Origin: Geosiphon pyriformis uo1
Lineage: Eukaryota; Fungi; Glomeromycota
NCBI GenBank assembly: GCA_016748015.1
Contig: JAAOMT010000777.1
Location: forward strand, 442,246 to 506,245
Direction of reading: 5' to 3'
Length of the DNA stretch: 64,000 bases
Below, one piece after another: positions 52,801 to 64,000 of the stretch. Under the pieces are notes generated by a model. It did no database searches, was not told where the DNA came from, and worked only from the letters and a program-made list of their open reading frames with translations. Made by a program: the position numbers and the translations under genes. Numbering within the stretch: the first letter of the stretch is position 1; each line of letters begins with the position of its first letter.

Positions 52801-53043
52801 ACACTGGAACAAGAACACTTAGCAATATACTGGGCAGTCATGAAATGGAAAGAATACTTGAGCCAGAAATTTAAAGTATACACAGATCACAAAGGATTAA
52901 CATCACTTTAAAAACAAGAATTTGGAGATAGAAGACAGTCAAAATGGAAAATAGCACTCACACCATATAATTATACTATACATTATAAAAAGAGAAAAGA
53001 TAATGGAAATGCTGATGGTTTGTCATAAATGAAACAAATCTAA
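46843..53043 (+). pseudogene. Gag-PR-Cys-rich-dUTPase-RT-RNaseH polyprotein (~2066 codons in a single frame, many transition-derived stops)
   Basis: ORFs starting at 46843, 47809, 49117, 49357, 50272, 50830, 51883 and 52243 are all in one frame. Motifs CHYCGRQGHIQNNC, IFDSSSADS, QGFGSTG, YLDD and NADGLS. Confidence 0.94.
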
Positions 53044-53105
53044 GAACATTTCAACCCAAAAATATAACAAAACCAGAACAATACCAACAAAAAATATAAC
53101 AAAAG

Positions 53106-54487
53106 ATGAACATACAAAAATACCAACAACTGCAACATTATATAAACACTCAACAGTTCAAGAAAAATTTATCTCAAACAGAACAAAAGAGTATCAAACA
53201 ACAATCAAAATATTTTATTACTCACCAAAATATACTGTATCAGAAAAATAGAAGAAATCTAGAGCAACCAACCAGAGTAATTACAGAGCCAGAAAAAGAG
53301 ACAATATTATTTAACATGCACTCAAATTCAACAGCAAGACACTTTCACAAAGAAGCAACCATAAAAAGAACCAGAAAAAAATACTATTGGCCATCAATGT
53401 ATCCGGACATCATCTAATATGTTCAAAATTGTGATGCTTGTCAGCAAAGAAGAGGTACGAAATCCAGTGAACCATTAAGACCAATCAAAGTGAAACAACC
53501 ATTTGACTGTGTTGGAATTGATTTAGTCAGACCATTAACAATCACCAGCAGAGGAAACAGATACATAGCAGTAGTCATAGACTATTTTACTAAATGGCCA
53601 GAGGTGAAAGCAATTCAAAGAGCAAATGCAGAATTCATTGCCAAATTCATTTATCAAGATTTAATTTGTCGACACAGATGTCCAAAGGAATTATTATCAG
53701 ACCAAGGAACTTATTTTGTGAACAGAACATTAACAGAATTGAGCCAAGGATTCGGAATTAAGAGACCACTATTATCATCATACCATCCACAAACCAATGA
53801 ATTAGTCGAAAGATTCAACAGAATATTGTGTAAAGCAATAGCTAAACTCAGCCAAGAAAACCAGAACAATTGGAATTTGTTGATACCATCAGTACTATTT
53901 GCTTATTGGACAATGAAGCAAGATACTACACAAGCAATGCCATTTGAATTAGTATATAGTAAAATAGCAACACTACCAGTAGAAATAGAAGTCAGCACAT
54001 ACTCAACCAAACCAATAACAGAAGAGAATTTCAAAAACACATTGTTAAGAAAAACATATGACTTAATAGAAACATTAGAAAACAAATGACAAAGAGCAGC
54101 TGATAACATACAAAGGTCACAAAAAAACAAAAAGAAAGACATGATAACCAACTACCAGATAAACCAGTTGAATTCAGGATTGAAGACAAAGTACTACTAC
54201 ATCATACCAAAGTGGAAAAACAATGGAGTGGAAAATTTGACTCCAAATGAAACAGACCATTTCACATAGAAGAAATTCTAGGAAATGGAACTTACAAATT
54301 AAGATTGAATAACAAAATCTTGACCAAAGCAGCACATAGAAATCGACTAAAACCATACCATCATATAGCATCATCATCCACCAATGACATTCCACAATTA
54401 GAAGTACAGAGAATACTAGTCCAATCAGATGAGATTCTACAAGATCTGAAACCAATTATTATCATTAACAACAACATATCTAATTGA
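53106..54487 (+). pseudogene. Stand-alone integrase ORF
   Basis: Own ATG in a different frame from pol. H..H..CDAC, GIDLV, LSDQG, TNELVERFN and a GPF-like KWxRPF module; no chromodomain. One frameshift near 54125. Confidence 0.92.
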
Positions 54488-54510
54488 TCAACAAAAAAAT
54501 ATATAAGAAC

Positions 54511-55170
54511 ATGGTCAACATGACAGAAGAAATCAGAAAAATGGAAATTACGGACAATATCTATTCACTAGTCCAACAAATTTTTCAATTAATCCAACAC
54601 CAGGAGATGGAAATTACAATCAATCAACAAACCATTTGTTACAAAAATATGGCAAAGATACCACAAAACAAAGCACAGAAAAGACTTGAAAATGTTGTTG
54701 ACAAGATCATAACCAAGATAAAATTGGCCATAAAAAAACAACAAATAGTCGGATTACACCAAGAACTTACCAGAAAAACTTGGACTTGGTAAACACAACA
54801 ATTTCCAAAAAATTATTGTTATTTTTACTTGAGACAACACATGAATATCCAGAACTTATATACAGATAAAACAAAATGGTTATTTGACACAACAATACTA
54901 CAACAACTAGAACATTTTGTGGGAAAAAACAACTTATTCACACAAGTTTGAGCTATATACCAAATACACACAGCATTTCAGAATTGACCAGAAATCCTAC
55001 TCAACAAAGCAATAGATACAGTTACCAATAATCAATTGGGAAAAATCACCAATGCTTAATTTAAAGAACTACAGACTCAAATAACACAAGTAATTCTCGA
55101 AAACAAAATTCAGGAAATACTTCAAAAGGGAGAATTAAAAGAATTAGATTTCGATGGAGCTTAATATTAA
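54511..55170 (+). pseudogene. Accessory ORF3 (~219 aa), function unknown
   Basis: One frame from the ATG to LDFDGA(Q)Y*, abutting the PPT. Confidence 0.78.
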
Positions 55171-55183
55171 AAGGAGGGAATAA

Positions 55184-56077
55184 TGTTACTCATAAAATAT
55201 AGGAAATATAGTATTATTAGTCAGTAGATATTAGCCAATGATATGTAGACGTAGTAAATGTGAAATTCCAAGATTTCTCTCAAAGAAATTGCAGGATTCC
55301 AGGAATTTCAAAATTCTCCAACAAGAAATTGCAGGATTCCAGAATCCCAGGATTCCTCTCATCAGGAATCACAAGATTCCAGGAATTCCAGGATTCCTGT
55401 TGTAAGGAATTAAGGAATTGAGGAATCTCAAATATGTATATATAGCAGTAGCATTAAAAGCAGAAAAGACAGAATTGACACCAAGAATTCTTAGCCTAGT
55501 TACCACAATCCTTAAATAAAATAATTATTCACTATATTAAATTTCTTCCTCACTATCAACACTTCATGTTGATAGTAACTGATACTTAACTATATTGGAA
55601 CAATAGCTCTTGATTACGGCTATTGATGAGATACGAATCAGAATCACCTTGGCTTATTTGCTTTATTTCATATTTTTTGCTTTCTTTCTTTTCTTTTTTT
55701 TCTATTTTTGTTTTGTTGTTGTATACTAATTGATTAAGGATTAAAAGTGTTGAGTTATTGATGTCACGGATAGCCTGGTAAAAGACCCAGAAATAAGGGT
55801 AGAATTTTATATATTATTGGATAGCTTACCAGAAGGGCACAACTGCCAGAATAAATCTGGCCTTCATGCTGAGAAAGAAATTGAACAGAATTGTGATTCT
55901 GAAGACTATTACAATTATAATTGAATCTCTGTTCATTATACAAAGAACTCAATCCAAACCTTCAGATATCAAAACCTTCAGATTACCAATACCAACATCA
56001 ACAGAAATCAATAGCTTTTGAGCACCAAGTTATGGGTTTGTTATTTATTCTCACACCAGAAATAATCATCTGTAACA
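55184..56077 (+). repeat. 3' LTR
   Basis: TGTTAC..TGTAACA termini, preceded by the PPT. Confidence 0.95.
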
Positions 56078-56081
56078 CCAG

Positions 56082-57030
56082 TGAATTTCTCGAGTTTAGC
56101 TATGAAAGCGTAAGCCATTGGTATGATCAGTTGTTAGTGTAGTGGTTAAAGTTGTTGTTAAATAAGTTGCTAAAGTGGCTGTTGTTAAATTGGTTCAATA
56201 ATCAGTTCAATTGGTGGCTGATTAATAACGATTATTAAAGGTAAGTTTTGCTAATTAATTGCTTTGGAGTTTGAATTGTCTTGAGTTTGCTGAATTTGAA
56301 TGTTCGGAGTTTCAACTTCTGAATTTTCTAGAATCGAGTTTTTGTAAGTAAATTCTTGATCCTCACTTTCTTCTTCTGATTCCATTACTTTTCACGAACT
56401 CGTGGTTCCAAAATCTGGTTGAGGTAGCAGTGATCAAAATCCTAATAGTGTTGGTGATCACAATTTAAATTCTTCAAAATATTCACCATATGGTCCTAGT
56501 AATTCTGCTTTTCTTTGTTTACTTTGAAATGAGAATTGTCCAAAGATTAATATCATGTGTGATGTGGATGCATTTGCTGTGGAGATATTAATGGCACTTT
56601 CTGGGGTATAATGGTATGATAGATTGATTGGTGATTTAACTCTGGTTTTTTTCCAAGTGGGTGGTTGTATCTTTTTGGGTGTTACTGCTTGTGTTTGCAG
56701 TCTTCTTTTGTTTCTGTCTACATAGGTGATGGGGAATTGTTGTTGGGTGTACTTTTCAATAGTTTGATTGATTTCTCTGATAATTAGTGCAAAACTGTAG
56801 TTTCTTGGTAAGCTGGTATGTTGAAACAATTCTGTATAGAAATTTTTTCTTGCTGATTTAATATTAACTGTTCCTTCTAAGCAGTCTGTGATTTTATTGT
56901 TGATGTAGAAGTTAAAGACTGATTCTACTGGAAAATAATTATTGTTTAATCTTAATTGTTGGCTGTACTGTTGAAACAAAAATTTGGCAAATCCTAAATG
57001 GTTTGCTCTTATGATTTCTGATTCTGCCAC
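56082..57030 (-). pseudogene. N-terminal gag region of family C host
   Basis: Homologous to 46843-47850 (AESE..ANHLGF.. through MAYAFIAKLEKFTG). Confidence 0.9.
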
Positions 57031-57092
57031 TTTTGGATAATTGTTGTTGGTGTTGGTTCTCTGTAGAATTATATCTCACAGAGAGCACCAAA

Positions 57093-57700
57093 TATTACAA
57101 GTGATTATTTGAGGTCTCAAGTTAAATAACAAACCCATAACTTGGTGCTCAAAAACTATTTGCAGTGATAGTAATCTAAAGATTTTGGGTTGAGTCCTTT
57201 GTATAATGGACAAAAATTTAATAGTTGTTTATCTATAGCTTTTCAGAATTGCAATTCTGTCAATTTCTTTTTTCAGCTTGATAGCTGGTACTTCTTTGGT
57301 AAGTAATCCGTATTTTTTTATATGCTCTACTCACTTACAGAGGTCTTTTATCTGGCAATTCTTGACATTAATAATTCAGTGCTTAATTCTCAATCAATTA
57401 GTAAATTCAAAGAAATAACAAGAAAAATAAAAGAAAATGATAAAAATAAAAGAAATAAGCCAAGACAATTTACATGTTAGTATCTCATCAATAGTCATGA
57501 TCAAGAGCTATTGTTCTAGTGGTGTTAAGTATCAATTACTATTAACATAGAGTGTTGATAGTAAGAGTGAATTAAGATAGCAAAATAATTATTTATTTGA
57601 TATTGGTGAAGTGGAAGATTGTTTTAGATTAAATCCAAACTGTGAGATCTTTAACTAAAAGATTTTGTTTTTTCTACTTTTAACACTACTGCTATATATA
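57093..57700 (-). repeat. Truncated 5' LTR of family C host (U3 missing)
   Basis: Matches 33863-34487. Homology stops at the TATATATA box. Confidence 0.88.
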
Positions 57701-57719
57701 ATAAAAAAACATATATATA

Positions 57720-60380
57720 TAAATTAAAATTCAGAATTTTGTTACTAAAATTCATTTATTTTTTTATATTTAAAGTTAAATACAATTAGTATAATGTTTT
57801 TAGAATTTTTATGAATTAAATTAATTGTTTTTAATTATAATTATTAATAATATATTAATATTTATTAATTATTATTATTATTTTTTCTTAAATTAAGAAA
57901 TTATAATAAATTTAAAATTAATTAAAAGTAGCATAAACAATAATTTAATAATTATAACAAGTAATTTAATATTATAATAGTTTAATAATAATAAAAAATA
58001 TTTTAAAAAATTAATTTTACAAAAGATTATAACTTATTAAAAAAATAAAAAACAATATTAAATTTTGCTAATTGTAATTAAATAGTATAAAATAAACCAA
58101 TTATAAATAAAAGTAAATATTATTAACTAAAAAAACTGTTATTAAGAATATTAATATTCAAAAAGCTTTAATATATCTGTTTTTTATAAAAAAAGCTTAA
58201 TAGATAAAATTATTAGTAAAAATATTAAAAAAATTTCAAATACAACCAAATCTTTAAAATTTAATATTATATAAACAAAACACTAAAAGTTATATTATTT
58301 TATCTAAATAAATTATTTATAATAATATTTAACAAATAAAAAAGCTAAATATATTAAATATATTTTAAAAATAATTAATTATAACTATTTTAATAAAGTT
58401 AAGCTATATTAAATAACATTAAATTACCAATACTCTTTAAAAAAAACACAAATTTAATATTTAAAACAAATAAATATCAATTTTATTAAGAATATATGTT
58501 TTATAATAATTAATAATATTTAAAATTCTATATTTTTAATATATTATTATTTATTAAAACATAAAATCAAATTTAAAAAAATCAAAACAAAAACATTTTT
58601 TTAATTACTTTAATTAACTTAATTAAAATCTAATTTGTTGTTTAACTTAAACATTTTACCAACAATAAACAAAAGATTAAATCAAAAAATAATATAAAAT
58701 TAATACTAAATATAATTTATAATATTTAAAAAAAAACATTAGTTTTATAATTATAATTATTAATTAAACTTAATTTAAAATAATAATAATACAAATTGCT
58801 TTAAATTATTTTTAATAAGCAAAAAAATTAATATTAAAAAAATTATTAATACAAAATACAATAATATTTTAAATAAAACAATTTTTTTTACAATTAAATA
58901 TGCTAAAAATATTGTTGAAATTATTTATTTACTTTTAATTAATATTTCGAATTTACAACTAATTTAAAAAATTTAATATTATATTTTATAATTTTAATAA
59001 TTATTTAGTTATTTTATTTAATTGTTTAAATATTAAAATTATATATAATATTTTTTAAAAAAAATTAATTTAACTAATTCTAAATTTTATTTAAGTTATT
59101 CAAAATTTATTTTTAATATCTAATAATATTTTTATTACTAAAAATTATTATATTATTATAAACTATTTTAAATTCACATAAAACAATTAAAACAATATTA
59201 ACAAAAACAATTTAAGCAGTTTATTATAGAATATGCTAACATATTTACAATAATTTAAAAAAACTAATTTGTTTTAATACTAAATTTACATAAAAAATAC
59301 CAAAACAAAATAATAACAAGCTTATTAAGTATTATTTTATTAAAAAAAAGATATAATAAATGTTTAATAATAGATTTATTTGGTTTTTAATAAGTTTATA
59401 AATAGTTTTTATAAAAAATTTGATCTTATATAAATTATTATTAATTTAACAGTATTATAATTAAAAATATTTAATTTTTATTACATATTAATAATATGTA
59501 TTAAATAATTTAAAATATTTAAAATATTTTTCAACTTTTAACTTAAAAAGTAATATTAATAAATTACTTTAAATTTTAAAAATTGTTTAAAAACAATATT
59601 TATTATTCAAAAAAATATTAATTTAATATTATGTTTTTTAATTTATGCAATATATTAAAAACTTATATATATTGTTCATATTAAACTTTTGTAAAAATTA
59701 ATAGTTGTTTATTTTAATAATATTAATATTTATTTTTTAATATTTAAAACTTATTTAATCTATTTATAAAATTTTTTTAATAATTATAAAAAACAAAATT
59801 AAAATTAAATAGTAAAAAATATTATTTTAAAAAAAAAACTTGGTTTTTTTAATCATATTATTAACAAAAATAAAATAAATTTGATTTAAAAAAGTTTAAC
59901 AAAGTTTAATAATTTAAAATTTTTTAAATTAAAAATTCATAAAATTAGCTTTTTATTATAGAAAATTTATTAAAAATTACTAAATTTTTCAATTATTTAC
60001 TTAATAAAAATATAAAATATTAATAAATAATTAAACAAAAACAGCTTTAAATATTTTAAAACAATATTAATAAAAATTTTAATTTTTACTTATTTAAATT
60101 TTAACAAAAAATTTTAACTAATTATTAATGTTTTTATATAATTTTTAGTATTATTTTATTTTAATTAAATAATAATAACAACAAAAAAAGTATAATATTT
60201 GTTAACAAAATTCTAAAACCAAATATTTCTTAACAAAATCAGAAACAATAACAGTAATTTAAATTTTTAAATATTTTTAATAATAATAATATAATTATTA
60301 TTAAATTCAAATAATTACACAAAACATTAAAACTTAATATTAAACAATTTTGGTAAATAAAATTTTTAACCAATTATAAA
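57720..60380 (+). mobile_element. Ancient, extremely AT-rich relic of a dUTPase-bearing Gypsy pol (family-B-like)
   Basis: Residual translations IQIAFKLFLISKKINIK (dUTPase, ~58790), KYFSTFNLKSN and FNIMFFNLCN (RT, ~59520-59650), and FIKLAFYYRKFIKN (~59940). The left boundary is uncertain. Confidence 0.75.
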
Positions 60381-60523
60381 TACAATAAACTCTCTTTATA
60401 ATTACACTTTTTGGTTAGCACATTTGTGGTGACTATAAAGAGATAGAACTATAAAAAATGATTAATATCTTATCATATGATCTATATATTATATGCATAA
60501 TATAATAATCAATTATATATATT

Positions 60524-62083
60524 TTATTTAAAAAAGCTATCTATTTGCAACTGTTTTTTCTCTTCTTGAACTTTGAGAACAGCATTACAAATTAATGTTC
60601 TCAAAGTTTTAAAAAAGTCTGAATCAATTTTTTCACTATACTGCTCTTTACAATAGTGCAATGTATTTTCAAATGCAATTTTATCTTAATGTGTAAATAA
60701 CAAAGACAAAAGTTCATCTTCATTTTTACTTTCTAAATTTTCATTTGCATTAGAATTTCCACTATACTTGTTGTTAATAAGATCCACAATTTCATCTTCT
60801 AAGGCATAAGTGAATAATGGTTCAAACTTGTCAATATTAATGAAGTCTATTGCTAATAGCTTGTTAATATTAATATGCTCAATAAAAACTTGTATTTCTT
60901 GTAGGAGTTCTTGTTCAATATCTAATGGATAGGCTGGTATTTGACTATTATTTAGAATTTCTATATGATGCCAACAGTTTTGAATTGTAGTTGTTATTAT
61001 CACTGACCACACATAAATTAGAAAGTCAACTGCATTATTTAATGTTACTGTTGATATTGAAATCTTGCCATTATACTGATTAATAAGATGAAAAAGAAAC
61101 AACTTTTGGTATTGTGCCTTAAAGAATGCAATAATTCTTGCATTTAATAGTTACAAATAAAATGTTGTATTGGATGGTAGGTATCTAATCATAATATTAG
61201 ATAATATGGAAGGTTTTCTATCATGGAGACCAGCATTATCAAGCAATAGCAAAATCTTTTTTTTCTTGTGACCCATTTTTTTATTTAATAAATTAAGCCA
61301 TTTACTAAAAATATCGGTTTACATCCATGCTTTTGTATTGTAATAATAAGTAATTGGAAGTGCATTCATATTAATATTGTGAAAACATCATGGCTTTGCA
61401 GCTTTGTCAATAATTAAAGGCTGTAACTTGATGCTATCTGTTGTATTACAAGCAAAAAATATGGTAATTTGACTCTTATTATGCTTGGTGCCAAAGATAG
61501 ATCTTGTTGTCAAAGTTGTATTTGGTGGTATTCTAAAGAATAATACTGTCTTATCAGTATTGTAAACATTATTTAGATCATATTTCCTGATAATCTCATG
61601 CAGTTTTTCTTATTCCTCTGGTAAAATTTTCAAAGAAGCACTGTTTGCTTTATTATACATCTTAATGTGGTGCAAATTATGATGTTTCTTGAACTTTTCT
61701 AACCAACCATTTAATGTTTTAAAGTTATTTTCTTCCAGAAACTTTTTAGCAAACTTGAAAGCTTTCATTTGTAAAATTTTTCCAGTAAAAATACAGTTGG
61801 TAGCTAGTGCTCCAAGTATCCATTCTTCTAGTATATTATTTATCTTTGGAAACATCTTTTTCCTGTTCTTTGTCAATTGACCAAAGTTGTCAGATATATT
61901 CTTTTCAATCCATTGATCTGATTTTACAAGTATCTTTGTTACAGTAGAGCAGTCAATTTTTAGATTAAATATTTTGATAAGTTTATTTGCTGAGTAGTTA
62001 GAATGTTTTAGTTTGTACTGACAGAGAGCCTTTTTAGTTTTCAAGGAGATTGCTGCTCACTTTTGGTTTACATTTTTTGGCAT
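60524..62083 (-). pseudogene. pogo/Tigger transposase copy 3
   Basis: ATG at 62083, NGWLEKFKKHH, LLLDNAG and TIQNCW. Confidence 0.92.
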
Positions 62084-62251
62084 GTTAATAAGAACACACT
62101 TTTTATTGCATTTTGCTTTTATAACGCATTGATGTATATGTTATGTCTCAAACATCATTTTGTCTTATATCTAATTGGACATGTGAGATGTCTCATGTCA
62201 TATAAAGCGCCTCAGATTATAAAAAGCAGCCAAATTATAAAAATAAAGGTT

Positions 62252-62465
62252 TTAATCCAATTGTAGGATTCTAAGTGCAAATGACAGATTCTTGGTAAAA
62301 AGAAATCTAATTTTGATAATGCATTTATGACACTTTTTGCCTCTTACTCCCAACTGATAATCAATAATGAAGGCTGTCAATTTGATCCTCTGCATACTTG
62401 CATAATTGTATAGAAGATAGCACAATGTTATGTTGTCAAGCTCTCCAAATATAGCAATGCCTATA
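62252..62465 (-). pseudogene. Cargo: TilS-like fragment copy 3
   Basis: IGIAIFGELDNITLCYLL..LTAFIIDYQL..RILQLD*. Confidence 0.7.
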
Positions 62466-62467
62466 TT

Positions 62468-63530
62468 AATTGAAATATTAATATAAAATACTTTGCACAA
62501 TGTCAGGGATATTGGAGTAAAAGTCAACTGTAGTTTTTTAAAAAATGTTCAGATCATTATAAGTCATGAAATTTAATATGTAATATATATAGATATGCAA
62601 TGGCTTCTGAATTTATGTGGTCATATGTTGTTTTTAAAAAAAATCTATCTGTTAAAGGTTACTTAAAATGGGCCCAAAATGAAACAAATCCTATGTTCAG
62701 GTTAAAGTATGAACAAGTCTTTTTTTATTTATAAGCAATTATTAACTTTTGCACTGGTGTTTGTTTCAATAGGTTTTCATTAAGACTTACAGTTAGATGA
62801 ATGTTTGTACCAATTTGGTCTGCTTGGCACCATCCTATTTACCAATTAATTAAAATTGCCGATAAAAAACAATGGCTATGATTAAAGCCTGAAGTTTGCA
62901 AGCTGATTCAAAAAAGAATTGTAATTTCTTGATCTAAACTTTCAAATCAACATTAAGGCCATAATGCAATACTTAAAGAAATTAACAAAATGCTCAAATC
63001 ATTGATTTTTTCTACACCTTTACAATGGTATTGAGAAATTGCAGTGCATAACTGTATCAAATTTGAGAGATTGCATACTAACCTCTTTAATGTTATTGGA
63101 TATTCTAAAAGTGAAATATACAGGTCTCATATACATCTTAGCTTTATTGCTAAATCAATTCAATTTTGAGTTCAGATAAAAAAGACACAGTTTGTAAATC
63201 CAAATGTCTCTAATCATGTTTTTCGTAATATTGGCCATAAATTAATTAAGCAAAGAAATGAAAAAATTCAGTGAAATTGCACGGATGAAAAAAATAGACT
63301 TTCTTAAAGCAAGATGAATTAAAAAAACATTATTAGGTATTTGAAAACCAATTCCAGTAACAAGTGAAGAAGCAGATCATCAAAAAATGTAAATTTATTA
63401 ATAAAATCACAACTATTACCTATTATTAACTTTCTAATACCTCTTTTAAGTGATCATGTTTTCAAAGCTTATTAAGTTAATTGTGTGACAGCCTAATAAA
63501 TATTCTTCAAAAAGTTAGAAATATATTGTA
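62468..63530 (+). pseudogene. Cargo: DUF6589-like fragment copy 3
   Basis: Colinear with 20951-22015; KYFAQCQGY..FFKKCSDH. Confidence 0.6.
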
Positions 63531-64000
63531 TTGTATACAGTTTTGTTTACTTTGGGTTAGGTGTATTACCATTTATAATTGGTATTTTTAAAACATGATA
63601 TGTTAAGTCTAGGTCTGAATCTCTATTCTGTATGATTATGTTTGGATTATGAAAAGCATTCAACATGGATTTATTTGCTCTAAAAAAGTTGATTTTTATT
63701 ACATCTTTAAAACTATCAGTCAAACTTTCACTTGTTAATACTAAATATTGGTTGAATAATGAATATGATTGCTAGTATAGAGCCCTTTTTTAATTGCAGA
63801 TGCCAAAGTTGATGTGAAAATGTATTTATTGGATATATATTAGATTCTCATGCTCTGAGTTTTATTACTGGTCATATTTTTTTTCCTAAGAAAAGATAAA
63901 TTCAAACTCCATTCTTAGTTGATTTGTTTAAGCAATGTTTCATTAACAAACTTGTTTCTGGAGGATTCTATTGGGCCATTATTCTTGCTTGTAGATCTGT

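Larger units (their letters stand above)
45947..56077 (+). mobile_element. Full-length Ty3/Gypsy family C element nested in the host gag
   Basis: LTRs 45947-46783 and 55184-56077, TSD TCAG/CCAG, decayed PBS, and PPT AAAAGGAGGGAATAA. Confidence 0.96.
33863..57700 (-). mobile_element. Ty3/Gypsy family C host element, interrupted by two nested LTR elements; 5' LTR truncated
   Basis: Coding continuity across both insertions (GNKVLLH|HTKVEKQ and AKLEKFTG|KKNDAQVW), LTRs at both ends, PBS and PPT. Confidence 0.92.
60383..64000 (-). mobile_element. pogo/Tigger-type DNA transposon copy 3 (runs off the window)
   Basis: TA followed by a mutated TIR CAATAAACTCTCTTTATAATTAC. Colinear with 18889-22476. 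Confidence 0.92.

Noticed and set aside
53020-53108. Programmed -1 frameshift fusing RH to IN in family C
   Set aside because: No slippery heptamer precedes the pol stop, and the IN frame has a TAA two codons before the ATG in both C copies.
55255-55430. Heat-shock element array
   Set aside because: GAA/TTC spacing mostly does not fit nGAAnnTTCn periodicity.

Overview
This 64 kb window is AT-rich eukaryotic DNA with no intact host gene. It is a nest of transposable elements inactivated almost entirely by C>T/G>A transitions. The repertoire and protein style suggest a Glomeromycotina/Mucoromycota fungus, possibly Geosiphon-like (inference only). Left third: a very old minus-strand LINE (~3884-23950, now extremely AT-rich) carries four insertions, namely two pogo/Tigger-type DNA transposons, a full-length Ty3/Gypsy element (family B, 5412-15729, TSD CTGT) and a decayed solo LTR. 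Middle: a near-complete RNase H-bearing LINE (24493-31385) and the 3' part of a second LINE. Right half: a minus-strand Ty3/Gypsy element (family C, 33863-~57700) holds a short non-autonomous C derivative (35726-39631, itself carrying a B solo LTR) and a full-length C element (45947-56077). These are followed by a hypermutated dUTPase-Gypsy relic and a third pogo copy. Two observations stand out. (1) Both Gypsy families share an unusual three-ORF layout: Gag-PR-Cys-rich-dUTPase-RT-RNaseH, then a stop and an A/C-rich spacer, then a stand-alone integrase ORF with its own ATG, then a ~220-aa non-env ORF that ends at the PPT. (2) The 4.2-kb pogo element is a cargo carrier, with a captured TilS-like PP-loop fragment joined back-to-back to a DUF6589-like gene fragment. 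All family assignments come from reading motifs by eye; no searches were run.
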